Source of the DNA: Priapulus caudatus | Taxonomy: Eukaryota | Reading direction: 5' to 3' | DNA: 51,384 bases | NCBI RefSeq assembly: GCF_000485595.1 | Contig: NW_014577063.1 | Coordinates: 1,185,987 to 1,237,370 of the forward strand | Shown here: positions 24,612 to 37,556 of the stretch, in pieces | Position numbering within the stretch: the first letter of the stretch is position 1 | Layout: every line of letters starts with the position of its first letter | Position numbers and translations under genes: made by a program | The notes under the pieces: model-generated | Seen by the model: only the letters and a program-made list of their open reading frames with translations | The model's database searches: none | Told to the model about the DNA's origin: nothing

Positions 24612-25182
24612 CGTGTTGCCAGTAATCAGGATCATTAAACCAAGAAACGCTCACTTACGTTGCGCTATAATTCGTTAATGAAATGTCATTGCCAGGTTCC
24701 TGTAATGACCGAGACGATGTATAATCTCGTACGCGCTCTTCTTCGTAATAAGTCGCTTTACTATGTCAAATTATGAATATTATCTCACCGTATATTGTTC
24801 TATTTTTCTTATTTGTTCATTGTTTCGTGTTTACATATTCATACCACCCGGCGTAGATGGCCTTCGCTGTTATATTTAACCACCGTCTGACTGCTACGAA
24901 CTATAGAAAACGCCTATCGCCACTAAAATGAACGACATACGATTCCCAGCGACTATTCTTTCGACGACTCGTGCGACTAGACGGCGATACAATATGGTGC
25001 GCAAAGCGTGATACGGGCGTCTGCTTTCAAGTCGGATTTCGTCGGAAACGTTGTCGCGTTTGAAACGCACCCGTCGCGTAACCGATATGGTCGCATTAGC
25101 GACGACGATGACGGAGACGAGGACGACGCTATTCTTGTCGCTTTTGAGCGTTTGACATTATACTTATAGCTGTCGTTCGCGC

Positions 25183-25391
25183 GGGTGAGGGGAGGGGATG
25201 TGAAGGGGGAAGGTTTTCGGAGAGGGAGATGGAGGGGAGGGAGGTGGAGGGAAGGGAAGGGGATGAGGGGGAGAGAGGAAGAGGGGAGGGAGGTTTTCGG
25301 AGATGGGTGTGGAGGAGAGAGAGGTGGAAGGGAGGGCGATAAAGAGGAGGGAGGTGGAGGGGAGGGGGACGAGAAAGAGAGATGGGGGGGG
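25183..25391 (+). other. G-rich polypurine tract with multiple G3-G8 runs (G-quadruplex/H-DNA potential)
   Basis: ~200 bp of mostly G/A with many GGG+ runs, embedded in a CpG-rich region. Confidence 0.7.
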
Positions 25392-25662
25392 CCTCGTCGC
25401 ATGCGCTGTCGAGACGATGACATTCGAGTCGTGCTTGGGGCGACGCGCGGCGTGCGACATTTAAAACGCGCTATCCCCGCCGCTAAGTAAACGACAGTTC
25501 GTCACGAGTTTTATCTCCCAGCGGGAATGGCCGACACACGCCGACACACGCCTCGATCACGAAGTGGAATTACCCTCGACAAATATATGTGTAGCTACAG
25601 AGCAGGACAAGCGTGCCGGTGGTGGACGTTTACCCAACGCCCGGCGCGCACACAAAGCCAAG

Positions 25663-25705
<43 letters not shown>

Positions 25706-25806
25706 ATACGAAGATAGCCACGTCTACATATATATGAAGGGAGATAGCCGCAGCGCTGCGAGAGTAGTCGGCAAGCATTCTCGGGGCAGAATTTCCGTTA
25801 TTTGAT

Positions 25807-26328
25807 ATGATACTGTGCTGCCGCCGCCGCCGTCGCGACGCGACTGGCACGTCTGGCTCGCGTCGGCGGAAAAACATACGTCGGCGTCGGCGTCGGCGGG
25901 ACCATGACAAGCGCAAGGCGGTGTTAATTAGCAGCGCCCCCCACCAGGATGTAAAATGTTTTACGGTTTTGAGAAATTTGAATTGGAGCTCCGAAGAAGA
26001 CGTACGAGTTCTCGCGTTGCTACGTCGTTATTTCTCTTTTAATTGTTTTTGCGGAAACTCGAGAATGCTGCGGCTTCGGTATAGAATTCATGTGCTCGTG
26101 CCCCAGCAGTATATCGAGTATTGTGCCTCTGAGATTCGCAATCTTGCGTTTTCGTGTTGTAAGAAAAAAACAGCGAAATTGCTGTATGAACGTAACGAGG
26201 CGTTTGCTCGATTGTTTCACTCGCGAATGAAATGTTCGCGTAAGATGTACAAGATGGACAGATGTGTAACTCCTGTCGATTCCTTTCTCGATATGAAACG
26301 ACAACGGCACCGTTTTTTTATTATCTAA
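25807..26328 (+). CDS. Orphan 173-aa ORF, Arg-rich N-terminus, Cys-containing body; coding status unproven
   Basis: ATG start, non-repetitive 522-bp frame, TA-rich tract and CpG-rich sequence upstream; no family recognised. Confidence 0.3.
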   Translation: MILCCRRRRRDATGTSGSRRRKNIRRRRRRRDHDKRKAVLISSAPHQDVKCFTVLRNLNWSSEEDVRVLALLRRYFSFNCFCGNSRMLRLRYRIHVLVPQQYIEYCASEIRNLAFSCCKKKTAKLLYERNEAFARLFHSRMKCSRKMYKMDRCVTPVDSFLDMKRQRHRFFII

Positions 26329-26594
26329 ATACAACACGAACTGCACACGCAGTGAGTAGCATAGTCGATCTGAATGTCCGTTTTGCAGACACACCCGTTT
26401 TATGCGCAATTTCAGTTTTCGCGGCGTATACGTTATCGCGAGTGTCTGTGCGATAGCTCTCGTGTTTTCTGCCTAACAACGTACGTGGCAGCAAGGGATG
26501 GGAACTGCATGCAGTACATCTATCGCGTAATGCATTCATGGATCTACACGGCAGTGCATGACGTGTTACTTCAATCCGGCGCTTTAAATGTCAT

Positions 26595-26627
<33 letters not shown>

Positions 26628-26633
26628 AAAGAG

Positions 26634-26685
<52 letters not shown>

Positions 26686-26726
26686 GAGGAAAGATATATA
26701 TATATATATATATATATTATAATTAT

Positions 26727-26758
<32 letters not shown>

Positions 26759-26760
26759 TT

Positions 26761-27850
26761 TATATAATTATTGTTGGGTTGTGAGAACGGAGGTTTGTGG
26801 GCACTAGAAAATCAATGATTCCCTGGACTGATATTGGTTTTTGATTGTTGAGGACAACAAATCTCATGTTGCCCGGAGCATCCGGCAAACAATTGCTTTA
26901 CTATATGTAAAAGTAAGATTAAATTATACTATTACTAGGCCTGACTGGTGAGCGGTGGGACAAGAAGAAGAATGATAAAGACAAAAATGAGAAGAAAGAC
27001 GAATTCCAATACTAATTTTAGTCTTTCTGTGATTTATAAGCGTGAATAGGAAATCAAACATTGCTTTAATAATTCAATAACCATTACCTGTTTTTCGTAG
27101 ATGATAACAATCCGCAGAGATATTTTGAAAATGCGCGCAAGGACTTAAATATCTTGAATTTTCGCAGCATTTGTTTGTAATGCCAAATGCAAGTAAAATC
27201 CAGCCGCAGGGAAAAGACGTTTATTTCATTCAGTGTGGTTTAAATATCCAATATACTGTCCTCGTCTACTGGTTCATATCTTCTTTTAAAACAGACCGCG
27301 GTGGCCATTTTTGGCGGGGAAGCGATTATGCTAGGTGGCAGCACCGCTAAGCGGGCACGTGACATGCTGAGCACACATTACAATCTGGTATATTTTGGCA
27401 GGCATATAATATAAGGTATATATAATATATATATACCGATTTTATTTATATGTATATGCTATTTATTATCTATATGTATAGTATTTGGGTTTTGTTGGAA
27501 ATTGTGTACGCGTGTAGATCTGTTACGCCTAAATATAATATGCAATAACGTTTATCTTTTGATTAATTATAATAACCGTTATTTGTTCTCTGCAATGCCA
27601 TACTTGACATGTATTGACGGGAAAACATCGCGTGTGTGCGATGCGTGGTGTGAGCTTAGATAACACTGCACGCACGCAAGATCGACCTTATAGCAATGGT
27701 TATAGGGAGCACGCGTGTCTGCCTGTGCCAGCGTACCTGTCTGCCCGTGTCTGTGTGTATGAGTTTACTGTTTGCTCGTTTGGGTGAATAGGAGTGCACG
27801 CGTACGTATGGCGTGGATTGGTTGTAAAGGGATGCGTATGTGGGGGGATG
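26761..27850 (+). repeat. Duplicated block B, copy 1; copy 2 at ~50160-51300
   Basis: Starts tatataattattgttgggttgtgagaacgg in both copies and is colinear up to the (GT)n tract. Confidence 0.97.
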
Positions 27851-27927
27851 TGTGTGTGTGTGTGTGTGTGTTGTGTGTGTGTGTGTGGTGTGTGTGTGTC
27901 TGGTGTGTGTGTGTGAGGTGTGTGTGT

Positions 27928-27972
<45 letters not shown>

Positions 27973-30331
27973 TTGGCGCGCGCGTGTGTGTGTGTGTGCG
28001 AGCGCGCGCGCCGCGCGTGTGTGTGTGTGTGTGTGTTTAATTGCTAGTGCCGCGGTGATTATCAGGAAGCGCATAGGTGGAGGAAGGAGAGAGGGAGGAG
28101 GCTAGCTAGATAACGATAGCAAGCGTTAGGGTGAGCGAGAAAAGAGGTGTGTAAAAGATAATAGTTTTGTCCCTATATTTTGTATGCGTGCGAGGAGACA
28201 ATGCTTCCGAGGGTTTAGATGCTAGCCAAAAGTACTTTCCCACAGGGCTTAAAAATTTCCAACAAGCTGTAACCGTCTATCAGAGAAGAAGGTTCGATTA
28301 ATTACGTCTAACGTACACTGCAAGCGTTTGTCGCAAGAGAACAAAAATATTTGCTTTTCAACGAAAATCGGTGCGCGGCGGGGAAGCGAAACACAAACCA
28401 TTTTGTCTGCAAACAGTTGTTGCGATCGAACGCGATAAATTTATAAATCACATATAAATGTTTTGTCTCAACGTCAGAACGTCGGCCGTATGCGTTAGGA
28501 CGCACAAATTATAGATAGTTTCGCCTCACTCAACTGATCAATCAGCGTTCACTTGGTGATTACGTGACATTTAAAATTTCGCGCTACCTGTGGAACTGGC
28601 GTCGCAGATGCCGACTAAATAATACAAATATCAGCTGCGATGATCAAAAACAAAAGCAAAGACAGACGTTCTATTACAACAAAAATCTGCTATGTGTCTC
28701 AGATAATAATGCGTGAAGTGCTAGAGGTAAATAATTCATGTCAAAATGCATTCGAAATGCTACTGTCCGTGTGAATGAACATACGATACATTGAAAACTC
28801 GTCTGTCTAAAAGTCCGCGTGTATGCAAAGGCTCGAATCTGATGCACCTTTATGGAGTCATTGTAGTAACAAACTATTTCTAGTATCAATTAATTCATTG
28901 CTTTGTACTATATCGTCGTGATCAAAATCGCCTCATATTGAATATAAATTTTTAATATTTTTAAATGGTTGTATATATATTTTTAAGTGCATTTAGTTTG
29001 CTTGATGGTTGTTTGTGCATTTTCATTAGGTCAATTGTCCAGGGAGATATTCTGATGATAAATATCCTATCAGACATATAAGATTAATATTAATAATGAT
29101 GATGATGACATTTGATAATAAGAACAAGATTATTATTATTAATATTAATAAATGTTTAGACTTCGATAATTGGCTGGCGCGGACTTGTGAAATATATTTA
29201 TCACCGAAAAACTAATGTACTTGTTGATATCATGCCCTATACGGAAAAATCCATCACCACATGATCACCAAATGATCACCAATGATTCCAATGATTCCAA
29301 ATTTCCCTGGTAATATTTATTGAGAATATAATACCCATGGCCATTACAATGAAGTAGCTTTGCTACCCGCAGTGATTATTTTACTTGAAAACCTGCTAAA
29401 AGTTATTAGAGTTGATTTGAGGGCAATAATTTTTGGAAGCTGCGAAGATTGATATAAATGAAATATAGCTAGCACGATCCACGAGGGAACAGGTGTGGTA
29501 ACAGCAAATCCAATCATCTCAGCAGATAGAATGGTTACCCGTGAGCAAAAAACCCGGTAACAAAAAACACACGTTTGTCACGGCGGGCGTGGATCGATAA
29601 TCAATTCGAGACGTAAGAAATCGAACGTGCGAAACGAGCTGGAATTGGCATGTGGGCACCTCTCCCCCGTATACGGCGCTCTGCGCATACAACAGAAATT
29701 ACGCTAAATTTTGCACGTAGAGGCTGCGTGGCCCAAAAGTCTGAAATGTACGGCAAACACGCGAAAATCTCGAACGCCCATGCATGCCAAAGAAACTCCG
29801 TGCAGTTTCTCTCCGTAACAGGGGCGGCACTCGCGCGTGCCGCTCATAAATGCCATCGCCTATTTATTATTAAATTTCGCGTTAGTTACTTGAACTGAAT
29901 ACTGTACTATACCGTGTGTGAACGTCAGCCGGCACAACGAACATCATTATTACGCATTTCTTGCCGGTTAGTGTACTTGCAAATGATGTTGACAAAGAAA
30001 ACGATGTTATGCGCGATGATTGCGTCTCGTTGAACCTCATATTGTAAAAATTTGAAGAAGTTTCTTCGTGGGCGGTTATCGATGATTTAAATTACGAAAT
30101 TTATTAAACATCCACTCGTGTTTTTTTTATTGCCTGCGCAATTTCTTCCCTTTCTCCCTCCCTCTCTCACCCCGTCTCTATATCTATCTCTCGCTTCTCC
30201 CTCTCTTTCACTGTCTTACACACTCACTATTTTATCTATCTGTCTATTTATCTCTCTTTTTCTCGTCCCATCTCTCACTCTATCGCGTTCTTTCTCTCTG
30301 TCGATCTCTCTCTCTCTCTTTCTCGCTCGCT

Positions 30332-30370
<39 letters not shown>

Positions 30371-32478
30371 TCTCCTCTCATTCTCCCCTTCCTTCTTTCT
30401 TTCTCTTTTTGCAGTGCGGTCATTGTCTCTCCTTACCTTTAATGCACTCACACGCACATTCACACGCACCTGCTTTCTTTGTAGCTTTATATTTTTCTGC
30501 GGAGCTGACAGGTTCCCAGTGACTAGCCTACCCTATACACGGCGCGAGGAAAACGTCGACGGTAAATGCAGCAATTTTCAAGTGAAAATTGACGCACGTG
30601 CGGCGGGGACTATATAGCGAGTCATCGTCAATACCATCGCTTTCTCGTTCGCGCGTTACGTCGCGTATTTTCGCAGGTCAGCCCAGTGTTTGAAATTCGC
30701 GACGTTTGCGGACAAGATGGATTTGCTGTCGTTACGTTCTGGTTAGGCGCTAAGGCGTCAGCGTCCCCCGTCTCACTCTCTAGCGCCTAATCGATCGTAC
30801 GTGTATGCTGAGATCAATCGTCGACAATACTGTTTGATTACGGTCGTTAAGGCAGTGCAGAACGTTTGGTTGCTGTGACTTTAGCAGCATTTCCGTTACT
30901 ATTACGCAGCCGAGAAATTATGAATGAAGTTAAACGTTTTTGCGTTAGACTGTTTGCACGTGACTTATGGCCGGATAATGGCGAAAACAAGTGCTTATGC
31001 TTACTCGGAGTTATTATTTTTTTGCTTTCTCTGATCGACAACCTTAATGCCACTTTATATGTTGGCACACATGAATACCCACTACAATTTTTATTACTGC
31101 ACGTGGAAAGCTGCCGTGCGTAAATAATTTGTTGAAAATATATGGCACCAGCTGTTTGCATATGAAGTCATAACTCGCCGAAAGTATTTATTAATTAGCA
31201 GCAAAGGGAAAGGGTCGAATGCCACATAGGACTATATGTGATAAAAAGGTGTCAGCAAGATCGCCACTCGTGTTCGTGTGCCCGCGCATGAATTCTGCCG
31301 CCCATAGTCGGAATCTAATATTTAACACTTTCATCACGAGGAAATTTCTTCACCCGCTATTTGACGTCATTTTCCGCTGCTATTTTGCGTCCTATGCTGT
31401 CTTTTACGACTGGTTTACATGCGATCAGATGCCGAAGCGACATGTTTATGATTACGAGATAATTCCCTTAGGCATTCCGGGATATTGTTAGTTTTACAGA
31501 AAGCCTGACAATGTTTTCACGCGAATATTGCATAGGAAGGGTAATTACACGGACAAGTAGATGAATTCTGCGAGCATCCTCTATAAACGCTCGTCGATTA
31601 TTACTCGCACGCATCTGCATCTCTCAGCGATTCGGAAACCTTGATTCTTCTTTGTGTTTATGACGTTACGATAGGAATTAAACGACAAGTGAACATATGG
31701 CGATGTCGGTGACCTGCGTCAATGTATAGTTGACATAATTTCAATATTCTCTATAGAGCTGGCGTTAAAACTACGTTAATCCGCGAGGGAACGAGAAAAA
31801 TTGCATGTGGTTAATTGGGAAAATGACATCGAAATAATGAAATAACGAAAGAATGAAGAATAGAACGAAGGAAGAAAATGCTAGAAATAAAAGTATATAT
31901 TAAAAATGAAACGAGGACAAAAGAAATTATAAAAGAATCAGAAAAGCCTAGAATAGGAAAGTAAAAAACTAGAATAAAATTACTTTAATAGGAAGAACAC
32001 GGGAAGGGAAAAATAAAGATAGGAGCGAGATAGCGATAGACTAAAAGTTGACAACATTCAGTATGTCAATTATTCCATCGATGGCAATAATTCATTTATA
32101 TATGTTCTAAAAAGAATATTGATAAGCAGATTTCCCAATGTTCTTTGTTCTGTCAGAGTTGCTGATACCCCTGCGAGTTAATAGTGCAGGGGCAAGAGCA
32201 AGCGAGTTAAGGAAAGGGACAGTGAAGAGAGAAAAGAGAACACGACAGAGAAGAGAGAAAGAGGGCGAAAGCGAGAGAGCAACGAGAGAGAGAGAGAGAG
32301 AGAGAGGAGAAAGAGAGAGAAAGAGAAAGAGAGCGCGAGAGAAATAAAGAGTGAGAGAGCGCGCGAGAAAGAGACAGAGAGAGATTCATGCACGCACGCA
32401 CACACACGCACACGCGCGCCACGCACCACGCACGCACGCACGCACGCACACACATACACACACAACACACACACAACA

Positions 32479-32541
<63 letters not shown>

Positions 32542-33118
32542 CAGACAGACGGGACGGACGAATGTCGGACAGAAGGACGGGCGGAAAAGCAGCAAACAGA
32601 GAATCGTAGTGCATGCAAGCTAATTCCAAGCCTTGCACCAATACGAACTAGCTCGGTCGCGCCTGATTATATACAACATACAACACCACACGAAAACTCG
32701 CAGCATGCTCAGCACTCATCTGCTTACTGTCTGTAGTGTGACCACGTCCCGTGTCAGATGTGGAATCTCGGAGAGCGAGAGATCTTCGATCGACTCGGCG
32801 ATGCTACACGGGCCACTGAGAACGTGCTGACAGCTTGGTGTTGCACTTGTGCCGGCGATGTGTTGCCTATATTATGCGCGGTGCGCGGCCGCCGCCGCCG
32901 CCGCCGCCACCCGCGCGTTATTGATGGCTTCACGCGTGGGCGCCGCACTGCTGACGCGCATGCGTGCATAGCGTAGCCCCTCGCTGGCTTCCCATCGTAT
33001 CGTATGCTGTGACAGTGTCGTAGCCTACGCGCTGCTAGTGCTCAAGTGGCTGTTTATATCTCTGTGGAAGAAATGCGGTTGCGTGCGCGCTGCGCGTGTG
33101 TGTTGTGTGTGTGTGCGC

Positions 33119-33159
<41 letters not shown>

Positions 33160-33668
33160 GTGGCGTATTGCGTGCGTGCGTGCCGTGTGTGTGTGTGTGT
33201 GTGTGTGGCTGTGTGTGTGTTGTGTGTGTGTGTTGTGCGTGCGTGCGTTGCGTGCCGTGTGCGTGCGTGAGTTGTGGTGTGTGTATATGCGTTGCGTGCG
33301 TGGCGTGCGTGGCGCCGTGTGTGTTTTGCGGGTGTTGTGGTGTGTTGTGTGTGTTGTGTACGTTTGGTTTTATGTGCACGCGTGCGTCACTGAACGCTTG
33401 GAGTGTATATATATATGAAGAGTTGTGGCAGCCTGTTTGTGATTACGAATTTAACGTATTAGGGTATACGCAGTGTGTTTCTATTTTCATTTTTAGATGT
33501 TCTCCATGCCGTCTACGTTAAGTGCCGCCACTGGATTTGACTTAATGACATGACTAAATTGTAAACTCATTTCACCAAATACGAAATATTATTAAAAATA
33601 AAAATAAACAATAAAATGTCATGTAATCCCCCAATTTCACGTATCTCTTCCCCCTCTTCTCTTCTTCT

Positions 33669-33702
<34 letters not shown>

Positions 33703-33886
33703 CTCTCTCTTTCTCCTGTCTTCCTTGCTCCCTTTCTGTTGCGTGGGACTAGTGGCACTAGACTCACGCGTCTGTGTAATGTATTACTTACTGCGCTCCC
33801 TGTGCAAATATAAATGTCCGCTGACTCGCCGCTAGAATAATAAGAGCTTTCTGTAGAACTCGCTGTCTCCCTCGCTCAAATCGAAC

Positions 33887-33941
<55 letters not shown>

Positions 33942-34970
33942 CCTCTCTCTCTCTCTCTCTCTCCCTCTCTTTCTCTCTCTCTCTTCCTCTTGCTCGCTGT
34001 CCATTTCTCTATATCTCTCTATCTGTCTTTCGTCCCTCTGCCTCTCTATCTCTCTCTCGCGCTCTCTCCCTCCCTCTCTCGCTCTCTCTCTCTCTCCTCT
34101 CTCTCTGTCTGTATCTCTGTCTTTCCTGCTCTGGATACTTTTCTTTGTTGTCACCAATTCTGGTTTCTCACTCTCGCAGGTACGTAACAGAAATTGGTAA
34201 GCATTGTCAATGCTAAAGTATTGCAGCGCATAAATGTAGTTTTACCTTAGTGTTAACTCTTTTATAGAACGCATCATATACTAATACATTAGATTCTAAC
34301 TAATACCCAGGTAGTACTTACATCCCATTTGGGAACGGTGCCTGTATTCACCTAATAAGCGGCCTAATAACTCATATTAATCAACGGCAGATGTGCCGAT
34401 TTCACAGTGTATTATATGTTAAAACCCCGTTTTAAAAGTTTTAACTTTAGTAATTATTAATAAAAATGTAAAGCGAAAAATGAATGCAATATCATAATCT
34501 GATTGCCTTGCCTATAGTTTACTCTTTATATTAACTCTCACTTTGTTAACAGTAAATGATATCTATATCATTATATTTATTAATTAACGCCGATATTAGT
34601 TGTCCGAGAAGCAAACACACGGAAGCACTATTCGTGCGATGTGTTAATAATAATTGCAATACTCACGTGCGCCGTGTGCATGTGAAACGCGATATATACA
34701 AAGCCGGTCACGTTCATCGCCACTTGCCCCCTTTCCGATCTCCGTGTTCGAGAAAAACCTTATCGCCTTATATTCGCGCAAGAATTCCCTGAAGACTCTC
34801 ATATGTATCACTTCAATTCACTCACACGCTCACGTTCGCGTCTGGGCAGGTCAGCGTACAAAATTGATTGACAAACAGCATAGAATAGAATCTGCCGCTT
34901 TCTCGTATAAGATTCCCGTGGGGTGAGATAAGATAAAATACCGATAGGAGGCAGCGCTATCGCACTGAGT

Positions 34971-35021
34971 CTAGAGTCCTTCTATATAGATAAAAATAGA
35001 GTCTCTACAGAGGGACTCTAG
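34971..35021. repeat. 51-bp palindromic element with 16-bp arms (14/16 match)
   Basis: CTAGAGTCCTTCTATA ... TACAGAGGGACTCTAG; no clear TSD. Confidence 0.6.
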
Positions 35022-35455
35022 TTTTCTGGTACAGGAAAAATGTCTATAAAACTGCTATAAATGTCTCATATATGAATACAAAAAATTTTAAATTCTATAT
35101 TTTATTGGAAGATGTTGCTGGGATGATTATATACTGTTTTATAATGGCTGGCATCTTACATAATTGCACCGCGTATCCATACAGCGCTGTACTTGAGCGG
35201 CAGCGGCGCGTGTCCATTTGAAAACAAAATGGCTTCTAATTGCGAGTTGTCGCAACTCTAACTGAATCTACCGAGAGATCCGTGCAATGCAATTATCAGC
35301 GGTGTATGCCTATCAATAACGGATATACGCTTTACTGCATCATATCTCACGAGAAAAACAAACAACAAACTCTCAATAGGCTTCTTCCGCGGTTGACTTC
35401 TGATGGCTCGTCTTCACACCACGCGGGGCACAGATCGACCAGTGAAGACACCAGC

Positions 35456-35506
35456 CATAGAAATATATATACAGACACTAGTCTAACTAGTATAATTATT
35501 TCCATC
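35456..35506. mobile_element. 51-bp P-like micro-element with degenerate 8-bp TSD (noisy copy at ~47178-47235)
   Basis: CATAGAAATA...GACACTAGTCTAACTAGT...TATTTCCATC; flanks ACACCAGC / ATACCAAC (6/8, both differences are transitions); interior shares GACACTAGT and ACTAGTCTAACTAGTA with the 23162 element. Confidence 0.72.
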
Positions 35507-36277
35507 ATACCAACCCACGCGCGGGTTTACGCGCAAGCAAGCTAGTCCGAAAATGCGATGACGATCGATCGATCTAGCTGCGAGTCACCAAGGGTTACGT
35601 TAGCACGATCGGCTGTAGTACACCGTAACAATTATACGCCGTACCATTGGGTAAACATGTTGCGGTGATGCTACGCCGTTAGCGTCGCGATGCCAACCGT
35701 GATTGACATTACATCAGACCATCGATACGCGCGCGGATGACCAGGCTAATCAACGTAAACCAATGGCTTCGCGATGAGCCCTGAAGGTCCCCCGAAATGA
35801 TTTCCATCATCGGACATTTACGGAGTGAAAATGGGTTTTGCGCAAAAATGAGATTTCCCCCCCCCCAATTTGCGACCTGTGGAAGGACGACTACAGGGAT
35901 GCGAACGTTCAAAGACGATTGCAGAGATCTTGGCGCGAAAAATTGTTGTTTCCTTCTTCGGAGATAACCGGACGTCATTAACCCGATGGCTCAGTGTGAA
36001 ATTATCGCTAACCATTCAGACGCATAATCAAACTGTCGTGTCTCGTCATTCTTCCACGGACGACGAAGGTCTAACTCCCGTTAAAAAAAGCTGCGCCCAA
36101 ACCGACTCCGTCACGATAAAAAGAACAATGAAAAACAAAAAAAATCGCGCTCGGTTTTTAATAGCACATCTGCAATATACCAGAAAAAAAACACCCGCTA
36201 ACGGAAATGTTTACTTGTTTTCAGGCCACTCTCTCTCTCTGCAGGATCCATCCGCGGCTACGACTCCCTTCGCCGAT

Positions 36278-36820
36278 TCAGTTTACGGCGTACTTTTCAG
36301 CGACGATGGTGACTTGGTTTGCGCGAGGAAGGGGCGTTGTGTGTCTCACGGATAGAGTCACGTACAGTTCATCTCTCACCAGTCCTAATCCCCCGTCAGC
36401 CGCGAGCTGCGACCAGAACTGCGGGAGTCAAATCGCGTCACACCCTCACACGCTAACGATGTTACGCTTCCCCCGCTAAATTAGTTGGTCAATATAAAAG
36501 CTCACGCTGCACGCGCAAGACAATCAGACGGGTATTGTTGTCATAGTGTAAGGGAGTAGGGTGGGTTTCTATCTACTGTGTGCAGTTGCAGCAATCGCGT
36601 GACCAGAAGCACGTGGAAACGCTGATCAATTGTCACTTACCGCTTCGTGTACTTTATCGCAGTTTCTGTCGTTACAGCCGTGCCATGTCCATGTGTTTTT
36701 TTGACGACTGCGGAATAGGGATCGCATGCGAGTTGGCGAGTTGCGACGCGCGAAAATGCTGTCAAAAATCGATGCAACTCTGACTATGGGCATGTCATCC
36801 CCGAACTCTTCTTCACCCAT
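36278..36820 (-). CDS. Candidate two-exon 106-aa hypothetical protein (36820-36641 + 36418-36278)
   Basis: ATG at 36820, consensus donor GCG|GTAAGT at 36640, acceptor CTCCCGCAG| at 36419, phase 0 preserved, TGA at 36278; no known family. Confidence 0.25.
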
Positions 36821-36882
36821 CGTGTTCTCACACGCACGCACGCATGCACACGCACGCGCAAACGCATGTACACACACACAAG

Positions 36883-37440
36883 ACGGACGGACGGAATGTC
36901 GGACAGAAGGACGGGCGGAAAAGCACCAAACAGAGAATCGTAGTGCATGCAAGCTATTCCAGCCTGCACCAATACGAACTAGCTCGTCGCGCCTGTATTA
37001 TATACAACATACAACACCACACGAAACTCGCAGCATGCTCAGCACTCATCTGCCTACCTGTCTGTAGTGTGACCACGTCCCGTGTCAGATGTGGAATCTC
37101 GGAGAGCGAGAGATCTTCGATCGACTCGGCGATGCTACACGGCCACTGAGAACGTGCTGACAGCTTGGTGTTGCACTTGTGCCGGCGATGTGTTGCCTAT
37201 ATATGCGCGAGGCGCGCCGCCGCCGCCGCCGCCGCCACCCGCGCGTTATTGATGGCTTCACGCGTGGGCGCCGCACTGCTGACGCGCATGCGTGCATAGC
37301 GTAGCCCCTCGCTGGCTTCCCATCGTATCGTATGCTGTGACAGTGTCGTAGCCTACGCGCTGCTAGTGCTCAAGTGCTGTTTATATCTCTGTGGAAGAAA
37401 TGCGTGCGTGCGCGCGCGCGTGTGTGTGTGTGTGTGCGCC

Positions 37441-37489
<49 letters not shown>

Positions 37490-37506
37490 GGTATGTGCGT
37501 GCGTGC

Positions 37507-37556
<50 letters not shown>

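Larger units (their letters stand above)
28030..36635 (+). repeat. Source of duplicated blocks C (28030-32815), D (30970-36635) and E (32553-33075)
   Basis: C recurs at 37575-42365, D at 42400-48455 and E at 36883-37400, with long colinear near-identity. Confidence 0.97.

Noticed and set aside
35870..36355. 161-aa plus-strand ORF
   Set aside because: Non-ATG start, runs through intron-like A/pyrimidine tracts, no domain; the minus strand looks more coding-like.
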